From assembly GCF_009914755.1 (NCBI RefSeq), contig NC_060937.1: 64,000 nt of DNA. One strand, written 5' to 3'. Numbering within the stretch: the first letter of the stretch is position 1; every line of letters starts with the position of its first letter. Position numbers and translations under genes: made by a program. This stretch comes from the human T2T-CHM13v2.0 reference genome, Homo sapiens. Under the pieces are notes generated by a model. That model was not told where the DNA came from, ran no database searches, and saw only the letters and a list, made by a program, of their open reading frames with translations. This document shows, piece by piece, positions 36,250 through 51,682 of the stretch.

Positions 36250-37362
36250 TTTTTATTGATATTATCACTTTTTTTGTTGGTTTAAGTCTATTGTTTTACA
36301 GTTTTACTGATTGATACTATGATATTTATTTATTTTGTTTTGCTTGTTTTGGGTTTAAACTGCTCTTTTTTTTTGGTTTCTAAAGTTATAAGTTGAGGTA
36401 ATTTATTTGAAAGCTTTTTATTTTCTAATAGAGGCATTTAAAGCAATATATTTCTTTCTACTTACTGATCATCAGCATCCTCTAAATTTTGATGTGTTGT
36501 TTTTTCATTTGCATTCACTTCAAGCTGCATTCTAATTTCCCTTTTGTTATCTTCTTTGGCCTATTGCCATTTAAAAGTGCTCTTTAGTTTTCAAATATTT
36601 GTGAATTTTCAGTTATCTTTCTTATTGTCTTGTTTAATTTATTTATGGATACAAAACATATCTTGTATAAGATGAATTCTTTTAAGTATATGCTGTTTTA
36701 TGGCCCTGAATTTAGATTACCTTGGTAAGTATTTTGTGTACTTAAAAAGAATGTGTATTTTGCTGTTGTTAGGTGAAGTGTTTCATAAATGTGAATTAGT
36801 TTACGTAGATTGTTGGTTTATCTCAAACATTCTGGCTTTACTGATTATCTTTTTTCAATTTTTGAGAGGGGATTTTTGAAATCTGACTATAATTTTCTAT
36901 TTGTCTTTCTTTGGAGTTACATCATCTAGATATTCTCCAATGTTCTCTTCTAGAAGTTTTATGGCTTTGAATTTTATATTTAGGTCTGTGATCCATTTTG
37001 AGTTAGCGTTTGTGTGTGATCTTTGTCTAGATTTATTTATTTTTGCATGTGAATGTCTAGTTATTTCATCATTTGTTGAAAAGACTATCTTTGCTCCATT
37101 ATATTGTCTTTGCTCCTTTGTCAAATATCAGTTGACTATAATTATTTAGATCTATTTCTGGGCAGTATATTCTGTTTCACTGACCTATTTATTATTTCAT
37201 CAACAACACATCATCTTGATTACTGTAGCCTTAATATATGATTTGAAGTTGGATAGTGTCAGTTTTCTGGCTTTTTAAAAAAATATTGTGTCTGCAATTC
37301 TGGGTTGTTTGCTTCTTTGTGTAAACATTAAAATCAACTTGTTAATAGTAACAAAGTAACTT
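36250..37362 (-). mobile_element. Old L1M ORF2 fragments
   Basis: Degraded antisense ORF2 (aaagaatgtgtattttgctgttgtt; ANSKWITDLNIKFKAIKLLEENIG). Confidence 0.7.
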
Positions 37363-37364
37363 CA

Positions 37365-40300
37365 AATTTTTTTCAACTTCCATTTTTGAATTGGGGGTAC
37401 ATGTGCAGGTGTGTTACCTGGGTATATTGTGTAATGGTAAGGTTTGGAGTATAATTGAACCTGTCACCCAGGTACTGAGCATATTACCCAAAAGGTAGTT
37501 TTTCAGCCCTTTCTCCCTTTTTTCTCCTCCACTAGTCGTTTCCAGTGTAATTGTTCCCATCTTTATGTCCATGCATACCCCATGTTAAGCTCCCACTGAG
37601 AACATGTGGTATTTGGTTTTCTGTTTCCATATTAGTTCACTTAGAATATCTATGTCCTCCAGCTAAATCCATGTTGCTGCAAAGACTTGATTTTATTTTT
37701 TTTATGGCTGCATGGTATACCATGATGTATTTTCTTTACCCCATTATCGATAAGCACCTGGTTTGATTTCATGTTTTTGCTCTTGTGACTAGTGCTGTGA
37801 TGAATGTACAAGTGCATGTGTCTTTTTGGTAGAATGATTTATTTTCCTTTGGGTATATGAACAATAATGGAATTGCTCAGTTGAATGGTAGTCCAACTCT
37901 TTGATCTTGGTGTGAGATGGTATCTCATTGTGGTTTTGGTTTGCATTTCTCTGATTGTGATGCTGAACGTTTTTTCATGTTTGTTAGCCACTTGTATGTC
38001 TTCTTTTGAGAAGTATCTATTCATGTCCTTTGTCCACTTTTTAATGGGATACTTTGTTTTTAGATGGTTGATTTAAGTTCCTTATAGATTCTGGATATTA
38101 GACTTTTGTCAGATGCACATTGTGTAAATATTTTCTTCCATTCTGTAGATGGTCTTTTTACTTTGTGGATAGTTTCTCTTGCTGCGAAGAAGCTGTTTAG
38201 TATAATTAAGTCACACTTGTCAATTTTTGTTTTTGTTGCCATTGCTTTTGAGGACTTAGCTAAAAATTCTTTGCCAAGGCTAATATTGAAAAGGGTATTT
38301 CCTAGATTTTTCCTAGGATTTTCATAGTTTGAGGTCTTTAATTTAAGTCTTTAATTCTTCTTGTGACAGGTAGGGGTTCAGTTTCTTTCCCCTGCATATG
38401 GAGGGCCATATGCTGGTTCTGGGACGGTTCTCCCAGAACCATTTAATGAACAGGGAGTCTTTTCCCTAATGCTTATTTTTGTCAAGTTTGTCAAAGAGCA
38501 GGTGGTTGCAGGTGTACAGCTTTATTTCTGGGTGCTCTAATCTGTTCCATTAGTCTATGTGTCTGTTTTTATATCAGTACCATGCTGTTTTGGTTACTGT
38601 AGCCTTGTGTCAGTATAGTTTTAAGTTGGGTAGTAAGATGCCTCTGCCTTTGTTCTTTTTGCTTAGAATTGCTTTGGCTATTTGGACTCATTTTTGGTTC
38701 CATATGAAGTTTAGAATAGTTTTTCTAAACCTATGAGAACAGACATTGGTAGTTTGATGGGAATAGTGTTGAATCTGTTTGGCCATTTTAATGATATTGA
38801 TTCTTCTAATCCATGAGCATGGAAGGTTTTCCTATTTATTTCTGTTGTCTCTGATTTCTTTTGGCAATGTTTCATAGTTTTCATTGCAAGAAGTTTTTAC
38901 CTTCTTGATTAGACATATCCTTATATTTTTTTGCAACTATTGTTAATGAGATTTCATTTTTGTTTTGGCTCTTAGCTTGCATATTATTGGTATGTAGAAA
39001 TGTTACTGAGCTTTGTACATTGCCTTTGTATCCTGTAACTTTACTGAAGTTATTTATCAGTTCCAAGAGTCTTTTGGCAGTCTTTAGTTTTTGGCAGGTA
39101 TAGAATTATATCATCAGTGAAGAGAGATAGTTTGACTTCTTTTCCTATTTGGATGTTTTTATTTCTTTCTCTTGCCTGATTACTCTAGCTAGGACTTCCA
39201 GTACTATGTTGAACAGAAGTCTTGAGAGTAGGCATCCTTGTCTTGTTCCAGTTCTCAAGGGTAATGCTTCCAGGTTTTCCCCATTCAGTATGATGTTGAC
39301 TGTGGGTTTTTCATAGATGGCGCTTATTATTTTGAAGTATGTTCCTTCAATGCCTGGTTTATTAAGGGTTTTAATCATGAAGGATCTTGGATTTCATCAA
39401 AAGTTTTTTCTGCATTTATTGATACGATTATATGGTTTTTGTTTTTAATTCTGTTTATGTGATGAATCACATTTATTGATTTGTGTATGTTTAACCAAAC
39501 TTGCATTCCAGGAATAAAGCCCACTTGAATATGCTTCTGAATTCAGTTTGCTAGTATTGTGTTGAGGAGTTTTGCATCTATGTTCATCAAAGATTTTGGC
39601 CCATAATTTTCTTTTTTCATTGTGTCTCTGCCAGATTTTGTTATCAGAATGGTGCTGGATTCATAGAATGAGTTAAGGAGGAGTTCCTCCTGTTTGATTT
39701 TGTGGAAGAATTTCAGTAAGTTTGGCACCAGTTCTCTGTATGCCTGGAAGAATTTGCTTGTGATTCCAGTTGTTCCAGGGCTTTTTCTGGTTGGTAGGTT
39801 TTTTAAATTACTGATTCAACTTTAGAACTCATTATTGGTCTGGTCAGGTTTTTACTTTCTTCCTGGTTCAATCGGGAGGTTCTATGTTTTGGGAATTTAT
39901 TTCCTCTAGATTTTCTAATTAGTGTGCATAGAGTTGTTCATAATTGTTTCTGAGGATCTTTTATATTTCTGTAGGATTGGTTTAATGTCATCTTTGTCAT
40001 TTCTGATGGTACTTATTTGGATCTTCTCGCTTTATTAATCTAGCTAGTGGTCTATCATTCTTGTTTATTCTTTCAAGAAATCAATATTTGCTTTCATTGA
40101 TATTTTGTATGGATTTTGGTATCTCAATTTCATCCAGTTTTTCTCTGATTGTAGTTGTTTCTTTCCTTTTTTTTTTTTGTTTTTCCGCCAGCTTTGGGCT
40201 TGGTTTGTTCTTTATTTTTTTTCTCTAGTTCTTCTAGGTGCAATGTTAGAGTGTTAATTTGAAAACTTTTAAATTTTTTGATACAGGGTACCACTATACA

Positions 40301-41304
40301 CTTTCCTCTTAATATTGCTTTAGTTGCATCCCAAAGATTTTAGTATATTGTTTCTCCATTTTTATTAATTTCAAATAATTTTTAAATTACTGCCTTGACT
40401 TCATAGCTCACCCAAAAGTCATTCAGGAGCAAGTTGTTTAATTTTCATGTAATTGTGCAGTTTTGAGAGATCTTTTTGGTATTAATTTTTATTTATACTG
40501 CACTGTGGTCCAAGAGTGTGGTTGGTACGATTTTGACTTTTTAAAAATTTATTGAGATGCTTTATGGCCAAATATGTGCTTGATCTTAGAATATCTTCTG
40601 TATGCAGATGAGAGGAATATATATTCTGTGGTTTTTAGGTGGAGCATTCTGTAGGTGTCTTTTAGGTCCAATTTGTCTAGTGTCAAGTTTCTGTCCAGAT
40701 ATTTTTTTTGTTAGTTTTCTGCCTCAGTGATTTGTCTAATGCTATCAGTGGTGTGTTGAAGTCTCCCACTATTATTGTGTGATTGCCTAAGTCTTTTCAT
40801 AGACCAAGAAGGACTTGTTTTATTAATTGGGGTTCTCCAATATTGAGTGCATATACATTTAGGATAGTTAATTCTCCTTGTTGAGTGGAACACTTTAACG
40901 TTATTTAATACCCTTCTTTGTCCTTCCAGATTATTGTTAGCTTAAAGTTTGTTTTATTTCATATAAGAATAGTGACCCCTGCTCTTTTTTGTTTTTCATT
41001 TGCATGCAGATATTTCTCCATCCCTCTACTTTGAGCCTATGGATGTTGTTACATTTAAGGTAAGACAGAAGACAATTGGGTCTTATCCTTTTATTCAACT
41101 TGCCACTTTATTCCTATTAAGTGGAGTGTTTAGATCCTTTACATTCAAGGTTAATATTTATATGTTAGGTTTTAACCTTGTCATTGTGTTGTTAGCTGGT
41201 TGTTTCATAGACTTGATTGTGTTGTTGCTTTATGACATCTGTGGACTATGTACCTAAGTGTGTTTTTGTGGTAGGAGGCATTGTTCTTTTGTTTCCATAT
41301 TTAA

Positions 41305-41305
<1 letters not shown>
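37365..41305 (-). mobile_element. Older primate L1 (L1PA15/16 or L1PB-like), 3'UTR through ORF2 start
   Basis: 3'UTR gggtacatgtgcagg..gttacctgggtatattg; ORF2 peptides [22 protein letters not shown] and [14 protein letters not shown]. Confidence 0.88.
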
Positions 41306-42500
<1,195 letters not shown>

Positions 42501-43287
42501 GGCCATAATCTCCTGAGTATGTCTTTGCTATTGTGAATAGTGCTGCAATGAACACTTGCATGCATGTGTCATTATGGTAAAATGATTTATATTCCTCTGG
42601 GTATATACCCAGTAATGGGATTGCTGGGTTGGATAGTTCTGTATTTAGCTCTTTGAGGAATCACCATACTGTTTTCTGCAATGGATGAACTAATTTACCC
42701 TACCACCAACAGTGTATAAGTGTTCCCTTTTATTCACAACCTCACCAGCATCTGTTATTTTTTGACTTTTTTATTCATAGCCATTCTGACTGGTGTGAGA
42801 TAGTATCCATTGTGGTTTTGATTTTCATTTCTCTAACGATCAGTGATACTGAGCTTTTTTTCATATGATGGTTGACTGCATGTGTGTCTTCTTTTGAAAA
42901 GTGTCTGCTTATGTTTTTGCCTACTTTTAATGGGGTTGTTTTTCTCTTGTAAATTTGTTTAATTTCTTTATAGATACTGGATATTAGACTTTTGTCAGAA
43001 GCATAGTTTGCAAATATTTTCTCCCATTCTGTAGGTTGTCTGTTTAGTCAGTTGATAGTTTCTTTCGCTGTGCAGAAGCTCTTACGCTTAACTAGATCCC
43101 ATTTTCAATTTTTGCTTTTATTGTAATTGCTTCTGGTATCTTTGTCATGAAATCTTTGCTGGTTCCTATGTCCAGGATGGTATTGCCAAGATTGTCTTCC
43201 AGAATTTTCTAGTTTGGGTTTTGCATTTCAGTCTTCAGTCCATCTTGAGTTAATTTTTGTATATGCTGTAAGAAAGAGGTCCAGTTT

Positions 43288-43593
43288 TCTGGGCACAGTG
43301 GCTCACGCTTGTAATCTCAGCACTTTGGGAGGCCAAGGCAGGCTGATCACTTGAGATCAGGAGTTTGAGACCAGCCTGGCCAACATGGTGAAACCCTGCC
43401 TCTACTAAAAGTAAAAAACTACCTGGGTGTGGTAGCACATGCCTGTAATCCCAGCTTCTTGGGTGGAGTGAGGGACGAGAATTGCTTGAACCCAGGAGGT
43501 GAAGGTTGCTGTGATCTGAACTCACACCACTGCACTCCAGCCTGGGCAACAGAATGAGACTCTGTCTCAAAAAAAAAAAATAACAAAAAAAAA
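43288..43593 (+). mobile_element. AluS inside L1
   Basis: Dimeric Alu with A-tail. Confidence 0.9.
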
Positions 43594-44078
43594 GGGAAGA
43601 GGGGGTTAGTTTTAATCTTTTGCATATGGCTATCCAGTTATCCCAGCACCATTTACTGAATAGGGAGTCTTTTCTCCATTGCTTGTTTTTGTTAGCTTTG
43701 TTGAAGATCAGATGGTTGTAGGTGTGTGGCCTTATTTGTGGGCTCTCTATCCTGCTCCATTGGTCTATATGCCTGTTTTTGTACCAGTACTATACTACTT
43801 TGATTACTATAACCCTGTAGTATAGCTTGAAGTTGGGTGACATAATGCCTCCAGCTTCGTTCTTTTATGCTTAGGATTTCCTTAGCTACTTGGGCTCTTT
43901 TTTATCCCACATGAATTTTAAATAGGTTTTTCTAGTTCTCTGGAAAATGTCGTTAGTAGTTTGATAGAAGCTGCATTGAATCTGCAAATTGCTTTGGGCA
44001 GTATGACCATTTTAATGATATTGCTTCTTTCTGTCCATGAACATTGGATGTTTTTCAATTTATGTGTGTCTTCTCTGA

Positions 44079-44319
<241 letters not shown>

Positions 44320-46371
44320 TGATTGGGATTGCCTTCCTGATTTGACTCTGGGTTTGGCTGTTGTTGGACTATAGGAATGCTAGTAATGTTTGTACACTGA
44401 GTTTGTATCCTGAGACTTTGCTGATGTTGTTTATCAGTGTAAGGAGATTTTGGGTGAAGACTATGGGATTTTCTAGACATAGAATTATATTATCTGCAAG
44501 CAGAAATAGTTTGACTTCCTCTTTTTCTATTTGGACGTCCTTTATTTCTTTCTCTTGCCTGATTGCTCTGGCCAGGACTTCCAATACTATGTTGAATTGA
44601 AATGGTGAGAGAGGACATCCTTGTCTTGTGCTGGTTTTCAAGGAGAATGCTTTCAGCTTTTGCCAATTCAGTATTATGTTGGCTGTGGGTTTGTCATCTA
44701 TGGCTCTTATTATTTTGAAGCATGTTCCTTCAATACATAGTTACTGAGAGTTTTTAACATGAAGGGGTGTTGAATTCTATCAAACCTTTTCTGCATCTGT
44801 TGAGATAAACGTGGTTTTTGTATTTAGTTCTGTTTACGTGATGAATCACATTTATTGATTTGCATGTGTTGAACCAACCTTGCATGCCGGGGATGAAACC
44901 TACTTGATTGTGGTAGATTAGCTTTTTGATGCGCTGCTAGATTCAGTTTGCAAGTGTTTTGTTGAGGATTTTTGCATCAATATTCGTCAAGGATATTGGC
45001 CCCCAAAGTTTTCTTTTTTGTTGCATTTCTGCCAAGTTTTGATATCAGGATGACGATGGCCTCATAAAACGAGTTGGGAAGATGTCCCTTCTCAATTTTT
45101 TTGGAATAGTTTATTTTGGAATGGTACAAGGTCTTCTTTGTACATCTGGTAGAATTCAGCTCTGAATCCATCTGGTTCTGGGCATTTTTTTGGTTAGTAA
45201 GCTATTTATTACTGATTCAATTTTAGATCTCATTATTGGTCTTTTCAGGGATTCAGGTTTTCCTGGTTCAGCCTTGGGAACTTCCATCCCTTCTAGGTTT
45301 TCTAGTTTGTCTACATAGATGTGTTCATAGTAGTTTCTGAGGGTTAGTTTTATTTCTGTAGGGTCAGTGGTAACATTCCCTTTGTCATTTCAATTGTGTT
45401 TATTTGGATCTTCACTCTTTCTTCTTTATTAGTCTAATTAATGGTCTGTCTATCTTACTCACTTTTTTCAAAAAAACCTGAATTTCTAGATTTGTTTATT
45501 TTTCGAATGATTTTTTCTCTCAATTTATTTCAGTTCAGCTCTTATTTTGGTTATTTTTAATCTTCTGCTAGCTTTAGGGTTGATTTGATCTTCTCTAATT
45601 CTTTCAGTTGTGATATTAAGTTGTTAATTGAAGATCTTTCTAACTCTCTGATGTGGGCATTTACTGGGTGAATTTTCTTCTTAACACTGCCTTAGATGTG
45701 TCCTGAAGATTCTGGTATGTTGTATCCTTTTTCTCACTAGTTTCAAAGAGCTTCTTAATTTCTGCTTTAATTTCATTATTGACCCAAAAGTCATTCAGGA
45801 TCATGTTGTTAATTTCAATGTAATTGCATGGTTTTGAGTGATTTTCTTAGTCTTGACTTCTATTTTTATTTACTGTAGTCCATGTGTGTGTTTGGCATGA
45901 TTTCAGTTGTTTTGCATTTGTTGAGGACTGTTTTATGTTCAATTATGTGGTCATTTTTAGAGTATATGCCATGTGGCAATAAGAAGAATGTGTATTCCGT
46001 TGTTTTGGGGTGGAAAGTTCTGCAGAGGTCTATCAGATCCATTTGGTCCGGTGTTGAATTCAGGTCCTGAATATCTATGTTAATTTTCTGCCTTGATGAT
46101 CTATCTAATAATGTCAGTGGAGTGTTGAAGTCTCCCACTACTATTGTGTGGGAGTTATGTCTCTTTGTAAGTCTCTAAGAACTTGCTTATGAATCTGTTT
46201 TGTCTGAAATTACGATTGCAACTCCTACTTTTTTCTGTTTTTCATTTACTTGGTAGGTTGTCTTCCATTGCTTATTTTGAGCCTTTGGGTGTTGTTACAT
46301 GTGAGATGGGTCTAGTGAAGTCATCCCACCATTTGGTTTTGCTTTTATATCCAGCTTGCCACTCTGTGCTT

Positions 46372-46666
46372 TTTATTTTATTTTTCAGTTAGAGTCTTGC
46401 TCTGTCACCCAGGCTAAAGTGCAGTGGCACATCTGGGCTCACTGAAACCTCTGCTTCCTGGGTTCAAGTGATTTTTGTGCCTTAACCTCCCAAATAGCTG
46501 GGATTATAGGTGTGTGCCACCACATCTGGCTAATTTTTGTATTTTTAGTAGAGATGGGGTTTCACCATGTTGGCCAGTCTGGTCTCGAACTTTTGACCTC
46601 AAGTGATCCACCCACCTCAGCCTCCCAAAATGTTGGGATTACAGGCGTGAGCCACCACACCTGGCC
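46372..46666 (-). mobile_element. AluS (Sx/Sz-like) inside L1
   Basis: Antisense Alu; TSD cac(t/a)ctgtgc.ttt. Confidence 0.9.
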
Positions 46667-46882
46667 ACACTGTGCCTTTTAAATGTGGCATTTAGCCTGA
46701 TTACATTCAATGCTAATATTAATACATGTGCATTTGATTCTGTCATTGTGTTGTCAGCTGGTTATTATGTTGACTTGTTTATGTAGTTGCTTTACAGTGA
46801 CACTAATCTGTGTGTTTAAGTGTGTTTTTGTATTAGCTGGTAGCAGTCTCTTCTTTCTACACTTAGTGATCCTTTCAAGATC

Positions 46883-47186
46883 CTTTTTTTTTTTTTTTTT
46901 TTTTTTGAGATGGAGTCTTGCTCTGTTGTCCAGGCTGGAGTACAGTGGCACAGTCTCAGCTCACTGCAGTCTCCGCCTTGCAGGTTCAAGTGATTCTCCT
47001 GTCTGAGCCTCCCGAGTAGCTGGGATTACAGGCAGCTGCCACCACGCCCAGCTAATTTTTTGTATTTTTAGTAGAGATGGGGTTTTGCCATGTTAGCCAG
47101 GCTGATCTCGAACTCCTGACCTTGTGGTCCACCGGCCTCTGCCTCCCGAAGTGCTGGGATTACAGGAGTGACCACTGTGCCTGGCC
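46883..47186 (-). mobile_element. AluS inside L1
   Basis: Antisense Alu with long poly(T); TSD caagatc..ttt. Confidence 0.9.
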
Positions 47187-48759
47187 CAAGATCTCTTTTA
47201 AGGCAGGTCTGGTGGGAATAAATATGCTCAATATTTCCTTATCTGAAAAAGATCTTATTTTTCCTTCAGTTAGGGAGCTAAGTTTGGCTGGATATGAAAT
47301 TCTTAGTTGAAGATCTCTTTGTTTTCTTTGGTTGGTTGGTTGCTTTATAATGTCACTGGTCTGTGTCTTTAATTGTGGTTTTGTATTAGCTGATAGTGGT
47401 CTGTCCTTCCTATATTTATCATTCCTTTCAAGATCTCTTGTAAAGCAGGTCTGGTGATAGCAAATTCCTTCAACATTTGCTTATATGAAAAGGATCTTAT
47501 TTCTCCTTCACCTAGGAAGCTTATTATAGCTGGATATAAAATTCTTGGTTGAAGATTTTTTTTTTTTTTGCTTTAAGAATGTTGAATATCGGCCACCCAA
47601 TCTATTCTGGCTTATAGGGTTTCAGCAGAGATCTGCTGTTAGCCTGATGGGGTTCCCTTTGTAGGTGACTCGCCCTTTCTCACTGGCTGCCTTTAACATT
47701 CTTTCCTTTTGACCTCGGAAAATCTGATGACTGTATGTCTTTGGGATGATCCTTTTGTGTAGAATCTTGCAGTAGTTCTCTGTATATCCTGAATTTGAAA
47801 TTCTTCTATTGTGAAATTATTGTCTTGTGTTATTCAGCTCTGTCGGATTTAAGTTCTTTTTTATACTGGCTATTTTGTCCTTCAGATCCTATATCATTTT
47901 ATTGTTATTCTTATTTTTCTTGGATTGAATTTTTCTGTCCTGAATCTCAATAATCTTTGTTTATGTCCATATTCTGGACTCTATTTCTGTCGTTTCAGCG
48001 AGTTCAGTGTGGTTAAGAAGTCTTGTTGGAGAACTGGTGTGATTGTTTGCAGGACATATGACACTCTGACCATTTGAATTACTGGAGTTCTTGTATTGGT
48101 TCTTTCTCAACTCTGTGTGTGGATGTTCCTTTAATTGCAGTGTAGATTGAGTACAGTCAGTAGGCTTCTTTTCTGGATTTTTCCACAGGCTGAGGCATTG
48201 TACAAGGTTTTTATTTTAAGCCAACTTCTTCTCTTTGATTTCAAATGGGGTATGTTAGTCAGGTATTTTTGGTGTTGAAACTTTGGGGTGTAATCCAGTA
48301 GATGACAGGCATGTTGGCCAGTTGGTGGACTCTTGTTTGGTTGTGTGACTGTCCTGTATTTACTCACAGTTGCAGTCGTGTTCCCTCTTAATGTTCTGAA
48401 AATGTGGGTTCCTCTTCCCCTTAAGTGTTGGCTGTAGATCGTGGCCTGGTGCTCCTGGGTTGCCCACTGAAGCTCTGAGGTGATCTCAGTTTTTATGTTC
48501 CTTCCCTAAACTGAAGGCAGCAGAGGAAGGAACCTCAACAGTTGTTGTGGCCAAGGGTCTTTTGCTTATCTTTTGGGGGTCTTCACCCTTGAGAGATGTA
48601 GGTCAGAAATCACTCTGTGGATTCAGCCCAGGATAGAGGGTCTGTGCTGTGGGCCCAAGCCAGGTGTTGCCTGTCTGGAAGATTTGCTAGCCTTCTCTCC
48701 TTGGGTCAGCTGCAGCTTGCTGAAGGTATAGATAAGGCATTTACAGTCTTTGGCTATTT

Positions 48760-50350
48760 TAGATACCTCCTATAAATGAAATTATGCAGTATTTGGCTTT
48801 CTTACTGTGCCTGGAATATTTCACTTACCATAATGTTCTCAAAGTTTGTTCATGCTGTCACTTCTTGCAGAATTTGCTTCTTTTATAAGGCTGAATAATA
48901 TTCGACTGTATGTATATACCATATATTCTTTATTTATCTGATGATGGATATTTATGTTGTTCCCACATCTTGGGTATTGTCAGTGGGGCTGCAATGAATA
49001 TAGAGGTGCTAATATCTCTGTAAGATCCTGATTTCAATTCCTTTGGATAAATACCCAGAAGTGGGATTGCTGGGTTATGTGGTAGATCTATTTTTGATTT
49101 TTTGAGAAATCTTTATACAGTTTTCTAAAGTGGATGCATCATTTTGCATTCCTACCAACCATGCATAAGGGTTTCAATTTTTCTACAGCCTCCCCAACAC
49201 TTGATATCTTTTGTTTTCTTGATAATAGCCACGCTAACAGATGTGAGGGAATACTTCATTGTGATTCTGATTTGTATTACCTGATGATTAACAATGTTGA
49301 GCATTTTTCCATATATTTGTTGGCCATTTGTATGTCTTGTTTGGAGAAATGTCTACTTAAGTCTTTAGCCCGTTTTTAAATTGGTTATAAGTTTTTTTTG
49401 CTATTGAGCTATAGGAGTTTCTTATGTATTTTAGACATTAACCACTTATCAGATATATTGCTTGCAAATATATTTTCCTATTCTATAGGTTTTCTTTTCA
49501 CTTCGTTGAGTGTTTCCTTTCTGTGTAGAAGCTTTTTAGTTTTATGTAATCCCGTTTGTCTATTTTTACTCTTGTTGCTTGTGCTTTTGGTGTCATATCC
49601 AAAAAATCATTGTCCAGGTTAATGTAATAAAGAATTTCCTCTAATTTTTAATTAGAAGTTTTATAGTTTTGAGTCTTATATTTAAGTATTTAATCTATTT
49701 TGCATGGTGATATGCAGTTTCCCACTACCATTTGTTAAAGAGACTATTCTTTCTCTGTTTTGTGTTCTTGGCACCCTTGTCAGAGATCAGTTGACCATTT
49801 ATATACAGATATATATACACATACACATGTATACACATACATATATATATATATACATGTATATATATAAAACACAGGAGGTCTTTCCATTTGCTTGTGT
49901 CTTGTTTGATTTCTTTTCTTTTCTTTCCTGTTTTATTTTATTTTATTTTTTTTGAGATGAAGTCTTGCTCTGTCGTGCAAGCTGGAGGGCAGTGGTGTAA
50001 TATCAGCTCACTGCAACCTCCGCCTCCTGGGTTCAAATGATTCTTCAGCCTCAGCCTCCTGAGTAGCTGGGATTACAGGCACCTGCCACTATGCCTGGTT
50101 AATTTTTGTATTTTTAGTAGAGATGGGGTTTCGCCATGTTGGCCAGGCTGGTCTCAAACCCCTGGCCTCTGGTGATCTGCCTGCCTTGGCCTCCCAAAGT
50201 GCTGTGATTACAGGCATGAGCCACTGCTCCTGGCCTTGATTTCGTTCATCAGTGTTGTGTAGTTTTCAGTATACAAGTATTTCACCTTCTTAGTTAAGTT
50301 TATTCTTATGTATCTTATTCCTTTTAGTGCTATTACAAATGAGATCGTTT
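48760..50350 (-). mobile_element. Old L1MA-type 3' fragment with a TA/CA microsatellite and an Alu insertion
   Basis: agatacctcctataaatgaaattatgcagtatttg...gatcctgatttcaattcctttggataaatacccagaagtgggattgctgg. Confidence 0.8.
49912..50235 (-). mobile_element. AluSx-like
   Basis: Antisense dimeric Alu; TSD ttgatttc. Confidence 0.9.
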
Positions 50351-50926
50351 CTTGCGTTTATCATTGTTTACTTTTAAACATGTAGCTTCCTCTCTTCTGC
50401 TTGACAGGTATCACACTATTAATTTTTAATTACCATATCACATGATTGAGGTACAAGTGTCTCTTGAAATACTTTTGAAGGACACCTTTCTAGGTCATTA
50501 ACAGTGTTAGGAGTTTAACCCTTTTAATTTTGGTTTTATTGTATTTTGATTCTGTTTAACATCCTTATATTAACAAAAGATTCACCCATATTTATTTAAT
50601 TAATTTTCCCAGAAGAATCCCTTAGTATTCGTTCAAGTGGTTGATAGAAATACCATTTCTAGGAAATGACCATTTCCAAGTTCATGCATAAGAAAACTTA
50701 GGTTACGGATATACTATGCAAGTTACATCTCTTCCAGTACTTCTCAAGTAGCAAATAGAGACAGTTTTAGTAATTTTCTGTAATGGCAGTGAAATTGCCT
50801 TGTTGCTTCAGTGTGACTTTATACATGAGAACACTAAAAATATACAGCTATTTCTCTTTCCTAGCCACTTTCTGTATAGGTTACAAATGGATTCTATAGA
50901 CTTGGTGTTAGAAATTATAAAGAATC

Positions 50927-51250
<324 letters not shown>

Positions 51251-51614
51251 TTAGCTAAATGTTTAGCCTAGCACTAAATAATAATAGCTTATTTAGGGGA
51301 AAAAAGCTACTCCATTAAAAAAAACAACCTTTTATTTCAGGAAAAATCAGTGTTCTTGAGGCTTGCTTTGCAAAAGTTCATTGCTTTAACATGCACCCAC
51401 TTCAGAGATGTGAAGACGTCAGAGATGCTGGTTGCAAGTAAAGACGGTTTGTTGTATAAAGTGTGTATTGTAAGTGGTTAACAATCAATAAACATATTGA
51501 ATTTAGCTCCATTTTTAAAAAAAAGGAAGAAAATGATAAATTTTTTTGGTTTTGGAGAAAAACAGATTTCTTAACTTCATCCTATGATAGGATGTAGCCA
51601 AGTAGAAATTAATA

Positions 51615-51682
51615 TGCAGTACCCCATAAATATTTACACCTACTACGTACCCATGAATATTAAAAATAAAAATTTTAAAAAC
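51615..51682 (+). mobile_element. Very short L1MA-type 3' end
   Basis: gtaccccataaatatttacacctactacgtaccca followed by an A-rich tail. Confidence 0.65.
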
